DNA of 62,638 nucleotides, filler included, from Pirum gemmata (Eukaryota): NCBI GenBank assembly GCA_002812295.1. It is 17 parts of 17 records of this genome, joined end to end, with 100 filler letters (N's around TTAATTAATTAA, not from the genome) between each part and the next. Parts side by side here need not be neighbours in the genome. Positions count along the whole stretch, not along the records: positions 51,788 to 55,359 come from PDIN01002347.1; positions 55,460 to 59,027 come from PDIN01002348.1; positions 59,128 to 62,638 come from PDIN01002349.1; 14 more parts are not named here. One strand, 5' to 3'. Shown piece by piece: positions 52,554 to 62,638 of this stretch (position 1 is its first letter; each line of letters starts with the position of its first letter). The notes under the pieces were generated by a model. It saw only the letters and a program-made list of their open reading frames with translations, ran no database searches and was not told where the DNA came from. The position numbers and the translations under genes were made by a program.

Positions 52554-55500
52554 TTTTATTTTTTTACATTTATATTTTCTTGTTTATTTATTTATTACTA
52601 TCATTTACTTATGATATAGCTTATTGTTTGTTTGCTTTTCTTTTGTTTGTGTTTATATGTTTTTGTTTTTTGTTTTTCGGTTTTTGTTTTTCGGGTTTTA
52701 CGTTATTTTGGTTTCCGTTTATTATTATACTCCTATATGACCGACATTTAATATATATTTGAGACAAAATTGCCCATTATAAATTATTTTTTTTTATTTT
52801 ATTTAATTTATTTATTATTTTTATTTATATATTAACGACATTAATTAACAAATAAAAAATAAAAAATAAAATAAAAAATAAACAGTAATAAAACAAAAAA
52901 AAGAACGAAACCAAAAATAAACAAAACCCAAAAACAACTTCTTCACACGAAGAACGTTTTGCAGAAATTCAAAAAAATAAATAAAAATTAAAGATAACAT
53001 CTTTTTGCTAATACTTATGATCATTTTTATATGTTTTTTTTTTTTGGATTCTGGTAGTAGTAGTAGAAATAGAATCGTAGTAAATCTTTTATTATCTATT
53101 TTTTTTATTTTTTTTTGTTGATACTCCGCACACATTTTAAAAACAACTAACTATGAAAAAGTGAACAATTTTTTTTTGGAATAATGATTGAAAGAAAAAC
53201 ATACGCAATTTTGATTGAAAAAATGGGCTCGAAATTCAAAATTACAACGAACAAAATTCAAAAACACCTTTTTTTTAAAAAAAAAAATAGAAAAAGTTGA
53301 CGGTTTTTAGCTTATTTTTAGCCTGGATTATTTTTGTTTGACTCGAAAAAATATAAACTTTTTAAACTGCCAAATTAATATTATATACTACCCAAATAGT
53401 GCTAAATTATAATTGTATAATAAAAACATACTTTTCTAAAATTTCTAAATTAATTTGAACCTACCAAATATTTAAATCTTAAATCGAATCGATCAAAAAA
53501 AAATGAATGAAGTATATCATTTATGATCAAACAAAAATAAGAAAACAATAAGAAAAAAAAATAATAATAAGAAAAAATTTGAAAAAAAAAAATAATAATA
53601 AAAAAAATAACAATATTAATAAAAATGACATCATTCTTTATAATAGAATGACGCAATCCCACTTCAATCATCTACAACCCTAACAAAACCAAAGTTTTAC
53701 TCAACCCAAACACTCCCAAACCAGTCCCAAACCCCACTAGACATAATACCTAGCCCCTAACACCTATTGGTAACCCTAACTAAACCCTAACTACCTAACT
53801 AGACTACCTAACTACCTAACCCTAACCCTAACCGTAACCCTAACCTTAACCTTAACCCTAACCCTAACCCTAACCCTAATTTATATAACCCCCATATCAA
53901 ATAGTATTAATATTATCGTACATAGTAATAATATTTAATTTCATATTTATATAATAATATAAAATTGATTTGGTTTATTAATACTATTACAACTTAATAA
54001 CTTCTTCATAATAAATACTCTAATATAATGATATTTATGCCTTTTAAATTTATAGCCTAGTACTATAATAATATGATCTTGTCACTCCGAATAATTATTT
54101 GGTTTGTTATAATATTTAAACTGACATTTTTAAATGAATAAATAGATAATAAAATATACCAAATTAAATTAAATTGATTTACATTTTATGAATTTGGTAC
54201 TCTTTATTACTTCTTTATTGTATATTTTATTATGACAAAACAACTGAAAAGCACGATAGCTAGCTAGTTAATTAAAAGTAGTTATTAATACTAGTACGGT
54301 AGACCTGGAGATGGGTCTACTGCGTAGACCTCCGGGGTCTATATCAGGTAGTTATCGATAGCGTTACGGTAACCTGTGCCAAATTATAGGACAAATTATC
54401 ATTCAAAATTAATGGCTATAGCGTACTTATAGCGTAACAATAAAAAAAAATTCAGATAGTAATCATTGACGTTAGTAGGATTTATAAAATTACATTTAAA
54501 ATTAAATAATGAATGTTGACATTATGTGTGTATGTGTGTGCGTGTGTATGTATATGAATATATAGGGTTAGGGTTAGGGTTAGGGTTAGGGTTAGGGTTA
54601 GGGTTAGGGTTAGGGGTTGGGGTTGGGGTGAGGGGGTNAAATTAAATAATGAATGTTGACATTATGTGGTCAATGTGTGTGTGTGGGGGGGGGGGTTCAA
54701 AGGCAGTTCAGAAAGAAGTCGAGACTCGAAAGAAGTCAGAAAGAACCTCATTTATGGCATGTTTAATTAATTAATTAAATTTATAATAAATTAATATCGA
54801 TAAAATAATATTATCTAGTCTATAGATTGGAAGTTGGAAGTTGGAAAAGTCTTGGAAGTTGGAACCCGATAGATTGAGAAGAATAGAGTCTACTGAGTAT
54901 CATACTGCCACTGTACTGGCTCTACTCAGAGTCTCAGACTCTACTGGTAGTAGCTACTACTAGCTAGCTAGAGAATGCTAACTATCGATAAGTGGTAGAA
55001 GTGTGGTAGACTAGGTGGTAGAATAAATGTCACTTTTAGATTATTTAGGTCTATTTGGTATCGATAGTTTAATATAGACTAGACTAGTCAGTATAATAAT
55101 ATAGTCTACTAGGGAGCGTTCAGATAATACATCACGTCAAGGGGTAGGTAGGTGGTATTTGACTGGAAATTAACGTCGAGGGGCAGGTAGGAAGGTAGGT
55201 AGGAAGGTAGGTAGGGGTATTTGAAGCTGTATTTGACTGGAAATTGGTTTGAAATATAAATTATTAAACACACCAAGTTAATTAAATTGTATCAAATAAA
55301 TTTGATATAGTATTAACTTGGCGTATTTAGTCTATGACAAAATGTGCTTTTCAGTTGTTNNNNNNNNNNNNNNNNNNNNNNNNNNNNNNNNNNNNNNNNN
55401 NNNTTAATTAATTAANNNNNNNNNNNNNNNNNNNNNNNNNNNNNNNNNNNNNNNNNNNNTATAATTATATATTATTATATAAAACAGCTAGTATAATATG

Positions 55501-58500
55501 TCATATATTAATTAATATGTAGTTCAAGGTATGATATCGATGAAAAGTAATTTTTTGTCTTTTGAGGAGTGTACTGTAGGTAGGAGTATAGATGAAACCG
55601 TATAATCCAATTATAACAATTTTGAGTAATATCATCCTGCCAACAGTGTCCATGTATACGTATACGTACTATTGTTAAACCCTAGCAACTAGCTTAGCTA
55701 AACCTCCTTTAGAGATCCTTAGAACCCTAACGAATTAAAACACTCGCCCTAACTAATTTACAACCCTAATTTATCTAGCAGCTATCTAGCCTAATTTATG
55801 TACGGAAAATATCGTCATTATATCAATTATATTATAATGACACTCTAACTAACAAAAGTGTCTAACACAGTAGGGACCAGGAAAAAAAGACAGTAGTTGT
55901 TTGGAATGTGTGAAACCTTGATCCAATAAACTTCCAATAATTAATTAAAAACAACTCGCGATCGATGCCTGATGATCATGACTCCTTGAGAAAAAGCAAA
56001 GACTTATTAATTCCTTCTAGCTAGCTACTAGCTAGTAGTAGAAAGACTATGATACTATCATAGACTTCCGGGAAAGACTTCGATAGACCGGGTCTAGCTA
56101 GGGGTCTAGCTAGCTAGCTACTAGTCTAGTAGCATACATAGCTGGTGGGTCTTTAGTTCTAACTATCATAAAAAGAAAAAGCGAACACAGAGGAATAGTC
56201 TAGCTAGCTAGAGTCCGCTGCTAGACTTCTACTAGCTAGCTATGATAGCTAGTCTAACTAGTAGTATAGCGTAGCTAGCTAGTAGTAGTAGGGCAGCTCA
56301 ACAGTCAACACACACCACACTGACACACCACACGTTTCACCAACATTTTTTTTTGTTTTTTGTTTTTTGTTTTTTGTTTTTTTTTTAATTTTTTTATTTT
56401 TTATATCCTAACTAAAGGTAATATGCTACTTATATTATTATATTATATTATTATATCATAATGATATGGGCTTTTCGGCAATTATGTATTATAATATAGT
56501 TTATAATAAACGTGGACTCAATTGCAATAACCAATTTAACCATCGATATATCATCTTGTCATCTTCATAAAACCACTATCGACATGCATCGTGCTTTTCA
56601 GTTGTTTTGTCATCATAAAATATACAATAAAGAGTACCAAATTAATACTTTATAAATCCATTTAATTTAATTTGGTATAGTTTATTATCTATTTATTCAT
56701 TTAAAAATGTCAATTTAAATATTATAACCAACCAAATAAATATTCAGAGTGACAAAATAAATGAACGGCACAATACTAACTAACACACTTATATTATGAT
56801 AACTAGCTAGTATATATAAAATATACAATAAATAGTACCAAATAAATACAATATAAATCCATTTGATATAATTATTTTGGTATATTTTATTATTAGTATT
56901 TTATTATCTATATATTATGTATTGATTTAAAATGTCAATTTAAAGATTATATAACCCTCCAAATAAATATTTAGAGTGAAAAGCACGATAGTCTATAGTA
57001 TAGACTTCTAAGGTAAAGAGAAACACAAGCTAAAAACATTGGTCGTCATCAATGACTCATCGATGGGCATACTAATGGACATTCATGGTTTCTTATTAAT
57101 TTTTTCTTTCTTTCTTTCTTTCTTTATTATTAGTTTTTTTTTGTGTATTTTTGTTTTTTTTTTTATATACGATGGTTTTTTCAGTGTTTTTTCACTCTTT
57201 TGGGAATACATTCATTTATCATATAAAGGACGTCACTTATTATTTAGAAGTCATTGCTCGAAAGTGTGACTTAAACTGTTTTAGGCATTAATTAATTATT
57301 AAAATGAACTTTAAAATTCCTTTATGGATGGTTCCTTAGCCTCATGGGTGATATATCGTGCTTTTCAGTTGTTTTGTCATCATAAAATATACAATAAAGA
57401 GTACCAAATTAATACTATATAAATCCATTTCATTTAATTTGGTATGTTTTATTATCTATTTATTNAAGAGTACCAAATTAATACTATATAAATCCATTTC
57501 ATTTAATTTGGTATGTTTTATTATCTATTTATTCATTTAAAAACGTTAAATTAAATATTATAACCAACCAAATAAATATTCAGAGTGACAAAATAAAATG
57601 AAAAGCACAATATCATATTATTATATTTTATCATACGATAGCTTTTATAAATGGACCGGTCTAGCTCTAGCTAGCTAGGAGTAGAGTCAGTAGACATACT
57701 AACCCTAACCCTAACCCTAACCCTAACCCTAACCCTAACCCTAACCCTAACCCTAACCCTAACCCTAACCCTAACCCTAACTAGCGTAATTACCGGTATG
57801 ATAATAATATACTAATAATAAAATAATAGGACATCTATTAGTCTATATTTTTATAAAAATAAAATTATGATAATAAATTATTATTATTAAAAAAACTTTT
57901 ACTAGTAAAACTTTATATATTTATAAACGATCAATTACTGCTCAATGATATATTAGGTATAATCATATATAAGTAACGCACTAATAGCACTAATTAACGC
58001 ACTACTTTGAAATTGAATTAAAATTTTTATAAATAAGTTATATAGCTCTAGCTACTACCAGTAGATCAACTATGATATCGATAATATTATGATACTGACA
58101 ACTAGCTAGCTAGTGTGGGGGTCTACCATATAAGTACTTCAAATCAATAATTTGTACATTTTTAATTAATCCATGCCAATTATAATTATTATTACTTCTA
58201 GTAGCTATTCTATTTGCATTATTTATTATAAAGTAGACTAATTAATTGTATATCCTAAATCATCAGTGAAAATTGATATATTGTATCAGATAATATGTAT
58301 CAAATATATAGAGCTATGATAAAGTTATGATACTGGTTGATAACTAATAAACATTATGCAAAATTCCTTGGGGGTTCTGAAAAAAGTTCTGAAAAATGTT
58401 ATATTTATTATAAATATTTATAAATATATTTATAGAACTAATATAGACTATAAGAAAATTTGATACGGTAGTCTATTTATAAATGTAATAATAATTTAAT

Positions 58501-59127
58501 GTATAAAAAGACTTATAAAAAATATATATATAAAATTATATATTACGATAATAATATTATTATGATCTAAATTTATAATAACTAAATTACTACTAAATTT
58601 CAGATAGTAGACTAACTAATAAATTTATTATTTTTATATGATATGATATAAAAATTCTACCTACTAGCTAGCTAGCTAGCTAGAGCTACTAACTACTAGA
58701 AGCTAGCTAGTAGTAGAGCCTAGCTAGACAGCCTATGATTTTTTTTTTTAACTAGCCTACCCCAGGTAGTACTAATATAAAAATGGCGACATCCGCCATA
58801 TGAGCTCAAAAATCTAAAAAATCACAAAATGATCCAATTTTAATGAAAGAATTACTAAATTTTGAGAAATTGTCTAACTAAGAATAACACTGTTATGAAC
58901 CAATGGCTAGTTTTAGATATAATTTGGCTAGTTATAATTTTAAATTAAAAAAGTTTTTAGAAAAGAAGTCTAAAATTTTTTTTACTTCTAAAGTTTTATA
59001 CTGCTGGCTTGGCTAGACCCTCTATTTNNNNNNNNNNNNNNNNNNNNNNNNNNNNNNNNNNNNNNNNNNNNTTAATTAATTAANNNNNNNNNNNNNNNNN
59101 NNNNNNNNNNNNNNNNNNNNNNNNNNN

Positions 59128-59159
<32 letters not shown>

Positions 59160-60216
59160 AAGAAGAAGAAGCCAGAGTAACGAACAGCAAAATTAAAATT
59201 ATAATCACAAAAATCACAAATCCATAAGAAGGTGACAAACCTAATCTAGCTGAGCTAGAAAAACAACGTCTTACAACCAACATAATTGCTTTATTTTATT
59301 ATTATTATCTTCAAATTTATTATGAGCAACTATAAATTGAATTTATTTATTTTTAAACTGACAATGACAATGACAAAGAAAGACAAGGATAATAATCAAA
59401 ACTGGTGCTTAAATATATTTTGTTTGCGATAGCACTATCGATAGTCTACTAACAATAATGCAGACTAACAATATCCGATGACTATCGATAATAATAAATG
59501 GTCACTTTTACTTATTTATTTATTTGGTACTTTGAAAATCATAATTGACCTTTTAAAAGCTTTTTTATATTATATTGAAAACCGAATAATAAATATAAAA
59601 AAATTCCAAAATAATTAAAAAATGTATGAATTAAACAATAAATGGGTTAAAAACAATAAATGGGTTATTTTTAATTTTTTAAATTTTGAGAGCAATAACA
59701 CAATCATTTTCAAGATGACTAGGCTAGTAGCTAGCTAGCTACTCAATTATGAAAATCGCCCACACAGCCTTATTTGGATCCACTAAAAAAAGCTTTTTCG
59801 GTGCGTTCTCAACTGAATTTTTTGCTTGATTTTTTTTTTCCTAACATCAAGACCGCAGATATTTCCATAATAAGATATTATTTCCAAAAAAAACCGAAAA
59901 GATCTTTTGAACTATATANATATGGCTTCTTTATATGTTAAAAAGGTAACAGGCAGGTTAATATTTCCATATATTACTGTGTGGGTTTTTTCGTAAATTG
60001 AGCTTAGTAAGTAGCTAGCTAGTCAGTCATCTCTAAAAATAAAAAATCAAGTTCTTTTTTTGAGATCTTCTTTTACTCGAAACCTTTTTTGATATCAAGG
60101 CTCAAGCCATCAAAAAAAAAAAAGTTCAAGTGATGTGATCATGTGGGAGTATTATTATGATATGTATGTACCGATAATCGATATCATAAAAGTAAGCACT
60201 TGAAATACAGCAATCT

Positions 60217-61100
60217 TTGCTTCATGAAAATAAAGGTCTAAGCACGTATTTTATATCTAATAATGGGATCTTTTCGAGTTCTTTTCGTCACCTTCAAGTT
60301 TATTTCGCCCTCTCTCTCATCAACAGCAGACAGAAATTTAAGGCATCGACTAGCTTGGAGTCCGTTGGACCTTTGGACCTTGGTGGCACTAAAAGTAACA
60401 GATTACTTCACAATTCAACCCGAGCTGGTAACAACTCGTTTGAAATTGGTTTTGGAGATGAGAATAACAGCTCTGAATTACTTCTGATTTCCTTTGTTGC
60501 GAAGAACAAAATTTTTAAACATATTCCTTTATTTGAGTATGATTTCAAAATTAAACTGCTTTTTACCCTACAATTGTCTCTTTGCATTCATTAACTCCAA
60601 CTGATAAAGTGTTCAAGTTAAAGACAGATGAATATAAAAATGACGTTAAGTGTTATTCACAAAACTTGGTTTCTACCAATACCAGCAAGCATACTTATTG
60701 CTTTGGTATGATGAACCTTTACTTGAGCATGATTTCAAGATTAAACTGCTTTTTACCCTACAATTGTCTCTTTGCAACTGATAAAGTGTTCAAGTTAAAG
60801 ACAGATGAATATAAAAATGACATTAAGTGTTATTCACAAAACTTGGTTTCTACCAATACCAGTAAAAGAATACTTATTGCTTTGGTATGTTGAATGATAT
60901 GGATGAGTTTTTTAGTATTCTTGATTTGCCGTGTGGAATATTTGAACAACTGAAATCAAACAGAACTATTGAGTTTAATGATATTAAACAAACTGATTTG
61001 TTAATTCCGTTAGGCATTCCTGGTATGAACAGCGGAGATCAATGTAAAAACACTTTTGATCATTTTATTTCCGAATCCACAAAAAAATTCAAAAAATTGC
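60217..61100 (+). pseudogene. Frameshifted unknown coding remnant with a ~190-bp tandem duplication, abutting the LINE
   Basis: Three overlapping protein-like ORFs in different frames; 60533-60712 is duplicated at 60723-60890. Confidence 0.4.
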
Positions 61101-62300
61101 ATTACCAACACTATCGAAAATACTAGACATAGTAATTAAAAACCGACTGCTAACTTTCTTGGAAGAAAATGATATAATTAGTACCGCACAATCAGGCTTC
61201 ATGGCAAAACGACGAACCTGGGATGCATTATTCCAAATAACTCAACTTGGCAAGCAGGCACTAAATAACCCAAAAAATCGACAAATATTTATACTACTAC
61301 TAATAGATATTGAAAAAGCATTAGACAACCTATCGCACAAAGGACTACTCCAAAAATTAAAGCGATACAATACACCGAATTAGCTAGGCTTTTGGATGCT
61401 TTTGGATAAGTGATTATTTAAAGAATAGGACTTATCAAACCAGATATAAAGGAGCAACCTCAAAAACAAATGATATAACAGGTGTACCACAAGGGTCAAT
61501 ACTTGGACCAATACTTTTCATAATATTTATAAATGACCTCCCCGATATGGTACAACAAGAAAGCACTTTGAGCTCGGTAGGTACTCTTTGCAGATGATAC
61601 ATCCTTCTATGGCGTATCTCCACAACAAGCACAGCAGCAAACTCAAAAAGAGTTAGAGAATATTTCCGAATGGATGGAGAAATGGAAAACAAAAATTAGC
61701 ACAGGCAAAACACATTATCTTGTAATAGACAACAGCAAAAAACGAAATGACAAAACTAACCTTGTTTTACAATATAACGGACAACAAATAATACAACAAG
61801 CGAACCCAAAATTACTAGGTTACTATCTAGATGAACAACTCAATTACCATTACCACCTAACGCAAATAATAGAGGCAAACTCAAGAACAAACTACTCTTT
61901 CTTTTTAGTCTATAAAAGGAACTGACTGGGGATCCAATGCAGTTACTTTAATCAGAACTTACAAGTCCATAATAAGATCGATAACAGATTACTCAGCTAT
62001 AGCAATAACCATGATGACTCCAAAAGATAAGGAGAAACGAGAAATAATACAAAACAAGGCAATGCGCTTGATAGCAGAAGTACGTCAAATTGACAGAATA
62101 AAATAGAAAACCTACTACAACTAACCAACCTACCAACGATAGAGCAACGCTCACTGATGATTCACAACTACATCCAACAAGCAACAACCCACAATAAAGT
62201 AATAATACGACTATCACCACAATGCCACCAGTAGAAACTTGAAAGAAGGAACTCCTTATGATAAAATTGCAACAAACCACCAACAACACTAATTAGCATC
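61100..62300 (+). mobile_element. Decayed non-LTR retrotransposon (LINE, I/Jockey-like) reverse transcriptase, 5'-truncated
   Basis: SKILD...RL..FLEEN.I...QSGF, DIEKALD..H.GLL.KL, GVPQGSILGP.LF.IFINDLP (61481), FADD (61587), K..KT, LG..LD..L, TDWG. Contains in-frame stops and frameshifts. Confidence 0.92.
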
Positions 62301-62638
62301 TTAAATGAATCAAAAGATCAAAAGATTTTGCAAACAAAGAATATACAAAAGAAAAAATAATGTGAAATGGGTGTGAAATGAAAAAAGAAATGAATGCAAG
62401 ACTTTATAGCGTCAATGTACGTTCTTACAACCAATATGTACAATAAAATTCGAGAGAAGGGGTGCTAAATCCGGTCGCTACTGGAGGAACACCCTATGAG
62501 CTGACCAGGCCTTTTGCCCGGAGCAGCCCAGAACACGTATAAAAAAAATAAAAAAAATTACTACTATTTTTATTATTACTATTATTGTTATTACTATTAT
62601 TACTATTACTATTGCTATTATTATTATTATTATTATTA

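Noticed and set aside
60230..60540. Minus-strand frame with several TGA codons hinting at stop-codon reassignment
   Set aside because: A TAA also interrupts it, the plus strand is open, and real genes here end in TAA, TAG and TGA.
62455..62495. GGTGCTAAATCC..CTGGA similar to the SAM-I riboswitch 3' half or twister P1/P2
   Set aside because: The remaining conserved helices and pseudoknot partners are absent.

Overview
Very AT-rich, microsatellite-laden eukaryotic genomic DNA, read with the standard genetic code, with GT-AG introns and TTAGGG telomeric repeats. The window is not one locus. It is 17 short unrelated scaffolds (mostly ~3.55-3.59 kb) joined by 16 artificial 100-bp linkers (N44-TTAATTAATTAA-N44), so synteny across linkers is meaningless. 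The gene content (APH-1, an eh1-bearing C2H2 factor, CotH) suggests a unicellular eukaryote, possibly an ichthyosporean-like holozoan; this is inference only. Genes or fragments I could splice by hand: APH-1 (first exon), VPS13 (C-terminal exon), an RS-rich orphan, a type II GT-A glycosyltransferase, a plant-type RLPH phosphatase, an N/Q/P-rich C2H2 factor, a MACPF-like + ricin-B + Cys-repeat protein, a GPI-type CotH-family protein with a degenerate active site, a fatty acyl-CoA reductase, a cyclic-nucleotide-binding domain fused to D-lactate dehydrogenase, a GCN1-like HEAT exon and a TM + tandem-UIM protein. Non-coding DNA holds at least 6 MITE-like families, two copies of one LINE, an inverted copia gag fragment, satellites, and many interstitial telomeric arrays, several of which fill introns. 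Best novel-system candidates: the lectin-targeted MACPF-like protein, the CNB-D-LDH fusion, the RLPH, and the telomere-repeat introns. All family calls rest on motif recognition by eye; no database search was run.
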